A stretch of 52,249 bases of DNA. Source: Anaerolineales bacterium UBA3001 (GTDB taxonomy: Bacteria; Chloroflexota; Anaerolineae; Anaerolineales; UBA11657). Below, in pieces: positions 8,221-17,902 of the stretch (position 1 is the stretch's first letter; each line of letters starts with the position of its first letter). The notes under the pieces were generated by a model. It ran no database searches, had not been told where the DNA came from, and saw nothing but the letters and a program-made list of their open reading frames with translations. The position numbers were made by a program, and so were the translations under genes. Where the stretch lies: positions 61,853 to 114,101 of the forward strand of contig DDZT01000018.1 of assembly GCA_002346435.1 (NCBI GenBank). The letters are read 5' to 3'.

Positions 8221-11200
8221 ATGTCTTTTGTTCATCTTCATACCCATTCTTCATATTCACTATTAGATGGCCTAAGCAACGTAAGGTCGTTAGCTGCTAA
8301 GGCAAGCGAACTAAATATGCCAGCACTTGCTCTTACTGATCATGGGGCAATGTACGGAGTGGTTGATTTTTTCCATGCATGTAATGAGGTTAATATAAAT
8401 CCAATTTTGGGTATGGAAACTTATATGGCTGCTCGTAACATGAGCGATCGAGAGTCGCAGTATGATGCCAAGAGTTCGCACCTTTTATTGCTTGCTGAGA
8501 ACCAAACTGGCTATCAAAATCTATTGAAGATCGCAACTACATCGCAACTACAGGGTTTTTACCACAAACCTCGTATAGACCATGACTTTTTGTCCTCGCA
8601 TGCTGAAGGCATAATATGTACAACTGGATGCTTGTCAGGGGAAATTCCTAGAGCTTTACTGTCTGGGAATATCAAACGTGCTCACGAACTCATGGATTAT
8701 TATATTCAGGTTTTTGGTACTGAAAGCTTTTTTATAGAGCTGCAAGATCATGACATACCTAGTCTGAACGAGGTAAACAAAGTGCTGTTAGATTTTGGTC
8801 CACAATATGGTCTGAAATTTGTTGCTACTAATGATGTGCACTATGTAGACAATGTAGATGCACAATTGCATGATGTTTTGTTGTGTGTGCAGACTAATGC
8901 TCTTCTTACCGATAAAAAACGTATGCGTATGAATAATGATTCATACTTTTTGCGTTCTCGAGATGAGATGGAGAAGCTTTTCGGACATATTCCTGGAGCC
9001 TTGGATAATACATTGCTTGTAGCAGAGCGTTGCTCTGTTAATCCTTCTACCGATGGTGTACATTTACCAAATTTCGCTGTGCCTGATGGACATGACTATG
9101 CAAGCTATCTTCGCTATTTATGCAACCAAGGTTTAATCGAACGTTATGGCGATTCAGCCTCCGAATCTGTCGTTCAAGATAGGCTTGACATGGAATTGCG
9201 GGTTATTGGTGACATGAATTTTGATGCCTATTTCTTGATAGTTTGGGATCTTTGCAACTTTGCTTCTGAAAAAGGTATTTGGTATAACGCACGTGGTTCC
9301 GCAGCTGGCTCTATTGTTGCCTATGCATTGGGTATTACTCTAGTTTGTCCTTTAGAGCATGGTTTAATCTTTGAACGTTTCCTAAATCCTGGAAGAGCTT
9401 CTATGCCTGATATTGACCTGGATTTTCAGGATGATCGTCGTTATGAGGTATTGGAGTATACATCTAATAAATATGGTGAGGATAGAGTGGCCCAGATTAT
9501 CACCTTTGGCACACTTAAGGCTAGAGCTGCAATTAGAGATGTTGGCCGTGTTATGGATATTCCACTTAGTGATGTTGATCGAGTAGCAAAACTAGTGCCA
9601 AATGTACCTGGTAATCCAGTGAGTATAGGCGGTGCTTTGAAAGATGTGCCGGATTTTATTTCTGTTCATAAGTCTGACACAAAGCTACGGAAAATGATAG
9701 ATCTTGCTCATAGCCTTGAAGGTGTTCATAGAAATGCTGGAACTCATGCTGCAGGAGTGGTGATTGCAGACAAAGCTTTGGTTGAGTATATACCTTTACA
9801 TCGTGCTACGCGAAACAATGCTCAGCAAACTGTTATTCCTTCAACAACTCAATTTGAAATGGAGGTGCTTGATAGCTTAGGGCTTCTAAAGGTAGATTTC
9901 TTAGGTCTTCGTACTTTGACAGTAATGGCACGTGCATGTGAGTTAATTAAGGAAAGGCATGGTGTTGACTACAATTTACGTAATATACCGGTAGACGATT
10001 CAGCAAGCTTCGATTTGTTAGGTCGGGGAGATGTAGCAGGTGTGTTTCAGGTAGAAGGCGCTGGAATACGTCGATTTTTGCGCGAAATGAAACCTACTCG
10101 TTTAGAGCATGTTATTGCAATGGTAGCATTATATCGTCCTGGTCCAATGGATTTTATACCTCATTATATTCGACGAATGCATGGTGAAGAGAAAGTTACA
10201 TATTTGCATCCCTCCTTAGAACCTATCTTTTCGGAAACTTATGGTAGACCGGTTTACCAGGAACAGTTAATGTTTGCTGCAATGGATTTAGCTGGGTATA
10301 CGGCTGAGGAAGCTGATGATTTGCGCAAGGCTGTAGGTAAAAAGATTAGAAACAAACTAATGAAGCATCGAGGTAAGTTCGTTCAAGGTGCAGTCAACAA
10401 TGGGATTCCTGATAGAACAGCAAATGCGATTTTCGATGATTGGGAGGAGTTTGCTCGTTATGGATTTAACAAAGCTCATGCTGCTGATTATGGTGTTATA
10501 TCTGTACAAACAGCCTTTCTGAAGGCTAACTTTCCTTCTGAATACATGACGGCTATGCTGACTGCAGAGAGGGATGATACGGATAAGCTTTCTACTTATG
10601 TCGCTGATGCCCGTCGTATGGGTATAGAGGTGCTTCCTCCAGATGTAAATGATAGTGAACTTGACTTTCATGTGCAGGAATCTAATGATGGCAAAAACGC
10701 AGTGCGTTTTGGGCTAGGTGCAGTTAAAAACGTAGGTGAAGGAGCAGTCATAGAAATATTGAGAGCACGTTCCGAGTATGGTGTTTTCAGTGACCTCGAC
10801 GAGTTTTGTACACATGTAGATCTCAGAAAAGTAGGTAAAAGAGCATTAGACAGTTTGGTGAAAGTTGGCGCACTTGATATGTTCGAAGATAGAAGTAAAT
10901 TGCTTGGATCAATTGAACAATTGGTAGGTGTTAGTAGTGCTATTCATAAAGCTAAAGAAGTTGGCCAAATTAGCATGTTCGACATGATTCCTGATGATGT
11001 TGGCACTGCTAAAATTGACTTAGTTGATGATGTAGACGATTTTTCTCAGAAACAATTGCGTAAATGGGAGAAAGATTTGGTGGGAGTCTATATTAGTGAT
11101 CATCCATTGCTGGCAAATATAGCGCAGATTGAAAATATAATAACCGCATATAGCATGGATTTGTCCGACATGGATGGAAAAATAGTTACATTGGCCGGTA

Positions 11201-11940
11201 CAATTGCTAACATTAGAGTACACATTACTAAAAAAGGCTATCCAATGGCTTTTATTGCTCTGGAAGATTTACATGGCTTTGCAGACCTGGTTGTTTTTCC
11301 TGATGTTTGGAAACAGGTAAATGATTGGTTGGAAATTGACACTCTTGTTGCTGTCAGTGGCAAGGTCGACACAAAACGTGGCGAAGCAAATTTATTAGTC
11401 AATAATATAGACCGTGAGCTCAAGGTAGTGGAGATTGCTGACGAACAGGCAATTCCACGGGACTTACCGAAAAATAGTCGGTCTCAAGAAAACGATCGAG
11501 ATTTTAATACAATACCCGATGAACCAAAAGCGGTTGAAATACATGAAAATAATAAGTTGCATTTTACCGACCATGAGCTCTCTGAATTAAATAGCGAGGA
11601 TTTAATGGTTGTGCATGAGCGCCCTATTTCAGAAACAGTATCTATATCTAAAGAGCCTCCAGAAAACCAATCGAGTGACTCCCCAAGACGGATTGTGGTG
11701 ACTTTACGTCCAGAGGACAAGCAGAGCGATTATCAATTGCGTGTGAAGTGGGCATTCAATGTGTTAAATAGTTTCCCTGGTGACGACAGATTTGTGATGG
11801 TCGTTTATGAAACTGATGATAGATGTTTTGAGTTGGATTTCTCTAATCATACTACCGGGTATTGCGAGGACTTACGTCAGCAACTTATGCAGGTAGTGAA
11901 TTCAGAAGACGATATTGAAATACAATCATTATTACTATAA
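8221..11940 (+). CDS. dnaE: DNA polymerase III alpha subunit
   Basis: 1239 aa. The PHP domain starts MSFVHLHTHSSYSLLDG. Also present are ...ALTDHGAMYG, the palm region PDIDLDF, the finger region LGLLKVDFLGLRTLT and YRPGPMD, followed by an OB fold. Confidence 0.97.
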   Translation: MSFVHLHTHSSYSLLDGLSNVRSLAAKASELNMPALALTDHGAMYGVVDFFHACNEVNINPILGMETYMAARNMSDRESQYDAKSSHLLLLAENQTGYQNLLKIATTSQLQGFYHKPRIDHDFLSSHAEGIICTTGCLSGEIPRALLSGNIKRAHELMDYYIQVFGTESFFIELQDHDIPSLNEVNKVLLDFGPQYGLKFVATNDVHYVDNVDAQLHDVLLCVQTNALLTDKKRMRMNNDSYFLRSRDEMEKLFGHIPGALDNTLLVAERCSVNPSTDGVHLPNFAVPDGHDYASYLRYLCNQGLIERYGDSASESVVQDRLDMELRVIGDMNFDAYFLIVWDLCNFASEKGIWYNARGSAAGSIVAYALGITLVCPLEHGLIFERFLNPGRASMPDIDLDFQDDRRYEVLEYTSNKYGEDRVAQIITFGTLKARAAIRDVGRVMDIPLSDVDRVAKLVPNVPGNPVSIGGALKDVPDFISVHKSDTKLRKMIDLAHSLEGVHRNAGTHAAGVVIADKALVEYIPLHRATRNNAQQTVIPSTTQFEMEVLDSLGLLKVDFLGLRTLTVMARACELIKERHGVDYNLRNIPVDDSASFDLLGRGDVAGVFQVEGAGIRRFLREMKPTRLEHVIAMVALYRPGPMDFIPHYIRRMHGEEKVTYLHPSLEPIFSETYGRPVYQEQLMFAAMDLAGYTAEEADDLRKAVGKKIRNKLMKHRGKFVQGAVNNGIPDRTANAIFDDWEEFARYGFNKAHAADYGVISVQTAFLKANFPSEYMTAMLTAERDDTDKLSTYVADARRMGIEVLPPDVNDSELDFHVQESNDGKNAVRFGLGAVKNVGEGAVIEILRARSEYGVFSDLDEFCTHVDLRKVGKRALDSLVKVGALDMFEDRSKLLGSIEQLVGVSSAIHKAKEVGQISMFDMIPDDVGTAKIDLVDDVDDFSQKQLRKWEKDLVGVYISDHPLLANIAQIENIITAYSMDLSDMDGKIVTLAGTIANIRVHITKKGYPMAFIALEDLHGFADLVVFPDVWKQVNDWLEIDTLVAVSGKVDTKRGEANLLVNNIDRELKVVEIADEQAIPRDLPKNSRSQENDRDFNTIPDEPKAVEIHENNKLHFTDHELSELNSEDLMVVHERPISETVSISKEPPENQSSDSPRRIVVTLRPEDKQSDYQLRVKWAFNVLNSFPGDDRFVMVVYETDDRCFELDFSNHTTGYCEDLRQQLMQVVNSEDDIEIQSLLL

Positions 11941-11969
11941 TCTTGTTTTTCTGCTAATTGAAGAATGGT

Positions 11970-13367
11970 CTAATGCTTGATAGTACTTGACTCTTTTGGT
12001 GGTAATGGGAACTCTACGCATACTTTTGTAGCAGTTAATCCGTCGACTGATAGCACAGTGAACAGTATATTGTCATTGTGTGTATAACGGTCATTTGGTT
12101 GTGGTGGTCGGCCGAGCCACGTCATTAATAAGCCACTGACCGTTTCTACATCTGGAAGATCATCTCGGGAACCTAAATCCACATATTTCTCAAGCATACT
12201 AACTGGACAACTTCCTAAGGTTTCTAGCATTGTAGGGGATGTGATTACTAATGGTTCGGAATACAAATCAAATTCATCGCGCACTTCTCCTACAATCTCT
12301 TCTACTAAATCTTCCAGTGTTACTATGCCAGCAGTACCTCCATATTCATCAAGAGCCACCGCCATGTGAACATGGTTGCGCTTAAAAGCCGACATCATAT
12401 TGGTAATGGGAGTGTGTTCTGGTACGTATGGTGCTGGTCTCATCAGAAGACGTAAGTCAAATAAATTGTGATTATCCGACAATTGTTGGCGTGCTATGTC
12501 TTTCACATGAAGAATTCCAATAATATGGTCAAGATCATTGCGATATACTGGGAAACGACTATAGCGGCTACTAGTAACCTGAGTCATTATTTGGTCTAAT
12601 GGAGTATCATATGAAATGGCTTGAATTCGGTTGCGAGGCGTCATGACTTGATGCACTTTTTGGTCAGCAAATCCGAACACACCTAGTAGCAACTTTTTTT
12701 CATTGTCCTGAAGTTTGCCACCCAACGCACTTTCACTAACGATTTGTGCTAGTTCTCTTGTAGAATGTAAACGAGCATCACTTTCAGGTGGACGTACTTT
12801 TAGTAGACTTAGCAAACTATCTCCTAGAAAATTTAGTCCTGATACTGGTAAGTACAGAAATTTCTGAGCCCAATACATTGTACTCATTATTGTTAAAGAA
12901 GAACGTTTAGGATTGCTAAGTGCTAATGATTTGGGAATCATTTCTCCTAATACTACGTGCATGTAGGTTAATAAAGCAAGTGAAATCAGCATTGCTATGG
13001 AATGTATAACAATATCGTTGAGCGATGTTCCAGTAAATTTATTTATATAAGGCTCGATGAAATGCGCAATGCGTGGCTCGGCATACATGCCAAGACCTAG
13101 GGACGCCAAAGTAATGCCCAATTGGGCAGTTGCTATGTATCTGTTTGTAGCATTTGGGGATTGAAGAATTTCCAAAACTAGCCTTGCGCGTTTGTTTCCT
13201 GCCTTTGCTAGTGGTTCTACTTGAGTAGGCCGCACTCCAATGATTGCGAATTCTGCTGCTACGAACAGACCATTTATCAGAACGAGCAATGTCGTGACTA
13301 GTATTGGCAATATAAGGCTGGTGGGCTCTGCTGAAATTCCTAAGGAGTAAAATGAATGCTGTGTCAT
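11970..13367 (-). CDS. CNNM/HlyC/CorC-family transporter (DUF21 + CBS pair + CorC_HlyC)
   Basis: 465 aa. The DUF21 N-terminus is LVLINGLFVAAEFAIIGVRPTQVE...GEMIPKSLAL. A CBS pair (VMTPRNRIQ..., FPVY...IIGILHVKDI) and the C-terminal segment LEDLVEEIVGEVRDEFD follow. Confidence 0.88.
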   Translation of the reverse strand: MTQHSFYSLGISAEPTSLILPILVTTLLVLINGLFVAAEFAIIGVRPTQVEPLAKAGNKRARLVLEILQSPNATNRYIATAQLGITLASLGLGMYAEPRIAHFIEPYINKFTGTSLNDIVIHSIAMLISLALLTYMHVVLGEMIPKSLALSNPKRSSLTIMSTMYWAQKFLYLPVSGLNFLGDSLLSLLKVRPPESDARLHSTRELAQIVSESALGGKLQDNEKKLLLGVFGFADQKVHQVMTPRNRIQAISYDTPLDQIMTQVTSSRYSRFPVYRNDLDHIIGILHVKDIARQQLSDNHNLFDLRLLMRPAPYVPEHTPITNMMSAFKRNHVHMAVALDEYGGTAGIVTLEDLVEEIVGEVRDEFDLYSEPLVITSPTMLETLGSCPVSMLEKYVDLGSRDDLPDVETVSGLLMTWLGRPPQPNDRYTHNDNILFTVLSVDGLTATKVCVEFPLPPKESSTIKH

Positions 13368-14695
13368 GTCTGGTTTTCCGCAGTATTCATTATGTGAGCA
13401 GCATCAGAAATGGAAACAGAAAGTTTTGTGATCTTTGTGCCTTCCATATCTTCCACTCGTATTTTGATTGTAGATGGTTTTACTATAATTTCATCACCAA
13501 TTTTTGGTGATTGGACCACTTGTTTATGAACTAAGCTACCGATTGTGCCGGATGGCATGGTTGGTAGATGGACGCCCAAGTACTCATTGACATCTGAGAT
13601 GAGCATGTCAGCATGTAATGCTATTCTATTTGCAGAATCTGCTGAAATATTGATGGTCTCTATATCAAATTCGTCCTGAAGTTCGCCAAACACCTCTTCA
13701 AGGAGGTCTTCATATGTGATAATGCCAGTGATTTGCTCATTCATATCTAAAACGATGGATATGTACTGTCGTTTTGCTGCAAGGGTTTCCCATATATCTG
13801 CAGCTGGTAATGCCTCATTGATGAATATGATTTTACGCAATATTGTTGTGATATCCTCATTGCCTTGCCAATACATTCGCAGCAAATCTTTGATATGCAG
13901 GAATCCTATTATGTTTTCTGTGTTGTCACTATATATTGGGATTCTACTGAAGCCTGACTCAGTGAATATCGGTAGTAATTTAGAGACAGGCATTGTGTCA
14001 GGCGCCGACATTAAAAGATGACGAGGCGTCATAATATGTTTTGCAGTGAGATTACGTAATCGTAATGTATTTCTAAGCATCAAATATGCGCCAGACGTCA
14101 GTATTCCAGCATCTTTACTGTCAGCTGCTAATAGTTGTATTTCTGGAAGAGTATGTGCTGTACTGTGTCGATTATCGGTATCCAACCGCAGTGTTTTAAG
14201 GAGTAGTTTCCCACTACCATTAAATATCCATATCAGAGGTTGGAATATACGTAGTGACCATCGCATAGGTATCAGAGTTGCTATAGATACTTTCTCTGGA
14301 TATTGGAGAGCGATGGATTTAGGCAGTAATTCACCAAGTATCATTTGTAGTCCTGTTAGCACTATCAAAGTGGTTGTTATAGATAATGAATGTGCAGTTG
14401 GTCCTGCAAGTGAACCTAATTTATATAATAATGGCTCGATTCGTACTGCCAAAATATTTTGTCCATAAGCACCTAAAAGTAGTGAGGTTGCAGTAATTCC
14501 AACCTGACAGGCAGCAACATAACGATCGAGACGATTAATGTCATTAATGATTGGTAGTAATTGTCGCGCTAGTATATTTCCGTCTTTAGCAATTTGGTTT
14601 ATGCGAGTACGTCTAGCGCTTACTGTAGCAAATTCTGCTGCAACATATAGAGCATTAATTAATACTAGCAGTGTAATAGTTAGAACAGTTATCAA
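13364..14695 (-). CDS. CNNM/HlyC/CorC-family transporter, tandem paralog
   Basis: 443 aa with the same architecture: LVLINALYVAAEFATVSARRTRI, GELLPKSIAL, IMTPRHLL, IPIY...IIGFLHIKDL, YEDLLEEVFGELQDEFD. It has a 4-nt ATGA overlap with the downstream paralog. Confidence 0.88.
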   Translation of the reverse strand: MITVLTITLLVLINALYVAAEFATVSARRTRINQIAKDGNILARQLLPIINDINRLDRYVAACQVGITATSLLLGAYGQNILAVRIEPLLYKLGSLAGPTAHSLSITTTLIVLTGLQMILGELLPKSIALQYPEKVSIATLIPMRWSLRIFQPLIWIFNGSGKLLLKTLRLDTDNRHSTAHTLPEIQLLAADSKDAGILTSGAYLMLRNTLRLRNLTAKHIMTPRHLLMSAPDTMPVSKLLPIFTESGFSRIPIYSDNTENIIGFLHIKDLLRMYWQGNEDITTILRKIIFINEALPAADIWETLAAKRQYISIVLDMNEQITGIITYEDLLEEVFGELQDEFDIETINISADSANRIALHADMLISDVNEYLGVHLPTMPSGTIGSLVHKQVVQSPKIGDEIIVKPSTIKIRVEDMEGTKITKLSVSISDAAHIMNTAENQT

Positions 14696-14972
14696 TATAG
14701 ATTTCTTGTATTATTACAGTAGACTATCCTGGAATGGTTTGCGTGACATGTTTGTCCGTATTTTTGCAGATTTTCATTGTACCTAATTGTAGTTGTTTGG
14801 AGGTGGATGTTGTTTGCCCAATCTATTGTACCAAAATTATTGTAATGTCTTGGTTTCTTACAAATAAAATCTGAACCCATACAGAGACTGTTGTACCAGC
14901 TGTGACATTGATAATAGTCTTGAACTTAAAACGCTAAGAGACATTTGTCATACAAAGTGCTAGAATTATATT

Positions 14973-16415
14973 ATGTATGTTGGCATTAATTGTCTCGAAG
15001 TCCTTTTGATTTCGTGTTACGAGCTTGGTCATCAACCCTTCAGCCTTGCTTCACCATTAAGATTCTTGCGCGATGGTGGAATAAATGCTTCCGGCATAGA
15101 TTTGGCTGTGGAAAATATTAATGATTACGAAGAACACATCAAATCTGCCCGTTTAGTATTGGTGTCAGTCCGAATGCACAATGCATTGAGATTGGGTGTG
15201 GCAGCGTCTAAACGTATTCGTGCATTAAATCCTCAGACCCACATTTGTTTTTACGGAGATTATGCTGGTTTAAACTCTGACTACTTGTGTAAAGAACAGT
15301 ATGCAGATAGTACTATCTCTGGTGAGTTTGAGACCACAATAGTTGAATTGGCCAGAGCTGTTATCGATGATTCCTTTCAAAGTAATGGGCCTCCGTTAGG
15401 AGTTAGTACTTTGCATAGTATGGCTAAACCTGTACTACAGAGGACATCATTTTTGGTGCCTGCACGTGCTGATTTACCCGCTTTTGATAGTTATGCTCGT
15501 TTTAGAGATGATAAGGGTCAATTGCATCTGGCTGGTAGTACGGAGACTACTAGAGGATGCAAATACGTGTGCCGGCATTGTCCGGTAACATCTGTATATC
15601 ATGGCAAGTTTTTTGTGGTCCCTGAGGATATTGTGATTGCTGATATTCGTAATCAGGTTGCTCAGGGAGTGCGACATATAAGTTTTAGCGATCCTGATTT
15701 TCTCAATGGTCCAGGCCACGCGCGGAGAGTTGTGACTGCTATGCATTCTGAGTTTCCAGAAATTACATTCGATTTTACTGCTAGAATCCCTCATCTTTTA
15801 AAATATAGACATTTGTTGTCGGAGATGAAAAGTACTGGATGTGCGTTTGTTATTTCTGCTATGGAGACACTCAATGACGATGTACTGGAGGTGCTTGATA
15901 AAGGTCATACTAAAGCAGACATAATACAAGTGCTCGGTATAATGAAGAAAGCTCAAATACCTTGGCGTCCATCTCTACTTCCGTTTACTCCATGGGCAAC
16001 ATTAGATGATTATCTAGATTTACTTGATTTTGTGCGGAACCATGATTTAGTGCAAAATATAGATCCTGTACAATTTAGTCTTAGGTTGTTAATTCCTCCT
16101 GGGTCTGCACTTTTAGAGCAGAATGCAAACGCAGAATGGCTAGGCGATTTAGATGCAGCAAATTTTAGCTATACATGGTCCCATCCTGACATTCGTATGG
16201 AACAATTGTGGTCGCAAATAAATAGGGCTGTTCGAAAGTCACCAAATGAAGATATAGATCATAGCAAAATGTTTTCCGTTATAGAGGGATTAGCATATGC
16301 TATGGTAAGTAAGACTCCTCCATTTACTAGTATAGTATCTCAGAAACGTCCGATACCTGCTGGATTGACTGAGAGTTGGTTCTGTTGAGCAGAACCTATA
16401 AGCGAGTCAGTCTGA
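14973..16415 (+). CDS. B12-binding-domain radical SAM protein with a CUAEP tail; the in-frame TGA at 16386-16388 is read as selenocysteine
   Basis: The radical SAM cluster motif is C-K-Y-V-C-R-H-C (Cx3Cx2C). The track ORF stops at ...LTESWFC-TGA, but the following codons are GCA GAA CCT = A-E-P, giving C-U-A-E-P-I-S-E-S-V-stop (TGA at 16413-16415). A hairpin starts 14 nt after the UGA. Confidence 0.78.
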
Positions 16416-16420
16416 CTCGT
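16402..16420 (+). promoter_or_regulatory. candidate bacterial SECIS hairpin
   Basis: (G)CGAGTC-AGTCT-GACTCG(T): a 6-bp perfect stem plus a closing G-U pair, with the 5-nt loop AGUCU. The apical loop begins 23 nt after the U of the UGA and has G at its second position. Confidence 0.5.
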
Positions 16421-16727
16421 CTAGTTTGGTTGTAGGTGTTTGCTGCAATATGTCAGCTAAAGCAGCGACATGTTCAGCAAACGCTTGATGTCCTAAGGCA
16501 GTGGTTTCAATATAAGTGCGTGGTTTACGAGATAAGAATGTTTTCTGGATAGAGATGAAACCTTCATCTTCAAGTTTACGTAAATGTGCTCCAAGATTAC
16601 CTGATGTGACTTGAAGAATTTTTTGGAGGTGAGTGAACCCTATCTGTGTTTCACCGTCTAAGGATGTTACTAAAGACATTATTTGCAGACGAATTGGTTG
16701 ATGAATTACTAAATTGAGTTCGCTCAT
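16407..16727 (-). CDS. winged-helix transcriptional regulator (ArsR/MarR-like, HTH_34-type)
   Basis: 106 aa: IHQPIRLQIMSLV....IGFTHLQKILQVTSGNLGAHLRKLEDEGFISIQKTF..RKPRTYIETTALGHQAF.EHV. Confidence 0.8.
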   Translation of the reverse strand: MSELNLVIHQPIRLQIMSLVTSLDGETQIGFTHLQKILQVTSGNLGAHLRKLEDEGFISIQKTFLSRKPRTYIETTALGHQAFAEHVAALADILQQTPTTKLDESD

Positions 16728-16888
16728 TATATAATCCCAACAATTGTTATGGATTTAGTCTGGCCAGCATATCTTGATATCATCTAATTATACCAATGAA
16801 AATCCATGCGGCAGTTAACTCTGAAATACAGAGTACTGTATATTGTAACACAAGTACAGCGGTTACTTTAATAGCTAAGTACCTGTTT

Positions 16889-17902
16889 CTATGAAATCTC
16901 TTTACAATATGTTAATGCTACCCACTCGGATGTTGTAGGAGTTGCTTCTGTCATATTAGTCTTCGATACCAATTTCATTCCAACATTATCAAGTGCTATT
17001 TCTATTTCGGCTGATTGTTCTGCAAGTATTCCAGAAAGTATGAGTAACCCATTATTTGCTACTATATTAGCCAACCCTCTGTTTATTAATTGCATGATTG
17101 TACGTGACAGAATGTTGACCACAACTATTCTGTATAGTTGTTGTTTTTTAATTGTATCTAACGAGCCTTGTACTAACTGAAATTGATCAAACACACCGTT
17201 TGTTGCTGCATTTTGGCGAGCTGAGTGAATAGAATCATTGTCTGTATCTAGTCCGGTTGTCATTGCTGCTCCCAGTTTGATTGCAGCGATGGCTAGAATT
17301 CCAGAACCACATCCTATATCTAGCACACTATCACCAGGAATTAGGTGCTGTTCTATAGCTTGCAAACATAGCTGGGTTGAGGGATGAGCTCCAGTGCCAA
17401 ATGCTTGACCTGGATCAATAATCACAGGTATTTGACTCGATTCGATTTCAATATTAGTCCAAGGAGGAATTATCATCAATTTATGACCTATTCTTATAGG
17501 TTTGTAGCGATTTCTCCATATAGTGGTCCAATTGGTATCTTCGATGGGTTTGTACTGGGTCTTGGGCACCATTAATCCTGATTGACGAGCAATCATACCT
17601 AGTAGCGAGAGTTCCCTTTCAAGTTGTTGTATTTTGTCAGTAAGGTTAGCGCTTACTTCGAAGTATGCACTGATTTCGAAATATGTGTAGGTATGATTGA
17701 CAATTACTTTGTCAGTTATGTCATAAGAGTCATCTTTGTAAGTTTCAGACGGCTGTATTGACACCCCGCCGTAACTACAACGACCCAGTGTTTCGGCCAC
17801 TGCGTCTACAGTATCAGGTTCAACTTTAACAGTAACTTCCAGCCATATATATTTGCTGTTATTATCAAACAGTTGAGAATTGTAAGTTGAGAAAGTATTC
17901 AC
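16889..17902 (-). CDS. prmA: ribosomal protein L11 methyltransferase
   Basis: 337 aa. It has IIDPGQAFGTGAHPSTQLCL and the SAM motif VLDIGCGSGILAIAA.KLGA, and sits directly after dnaJ as in Bacillus. Confidence 0.88.
   Translation of the reverse strand: MNTFSTYNSQLFDNNSKYIWLEVTVKVEPDTVDAVAETLGRCSYGGVSIQPSETYKDDSYDITDKVIVNHTYTYFEISAYFEVSANLTDKIQQLERELSLLGMIARQSGLMVPKTQYKPIEDTNWTTIWRNRYKPIRIGHKLMIIPPWTNIEIESSQIPVIIDPGQAFGTGAHPSTQLCLQAIEQHLIPGDSVLDIGCGSGILAIAAIKLGAAMTTGLDTDNDSIHSARQNAATNGVFDQFQLVQGSLDTIKKQQLYRIVVVNILSRTIMQLINRGLANIVANNGLLILSGILAEQSAEIEIALDNVGMKLVSKTNMTEATPTTSEWVALTYCKEIS

Noticed and set aside
11400-11940. A roughly 175-aa tail after the DnaE OB fold, considered as an unusual extension.
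   Set aside because: Long-form DnaE proteins (about 1200-1250 aa, as in the Thermus type) normally carry a C-terminal domain after the OB fold. The length alone is not anomalous.
14776-14897. Three copies of (A)TTGTACC in the intergenic region upstream of the radical SAM gene.
   Set aside because: A 7-8-mer recurring in a 277-bp AT-rich region is roughly what chance allows. The spacing is irregular (49 and 65 nt) and there is no symmetry.
16402-16420. An alternative reading of the hairpin after the radical SAM TGA as a bidirectional terminator for the convergent genes.
   Set aside because: It is not fully excluded, but no U-run follows the hairpin on either strand. It also sits at SECIS distance from a UGA embedded in the exact C-U-A-E-P family motif, so the SECIS interpretation is favoured.
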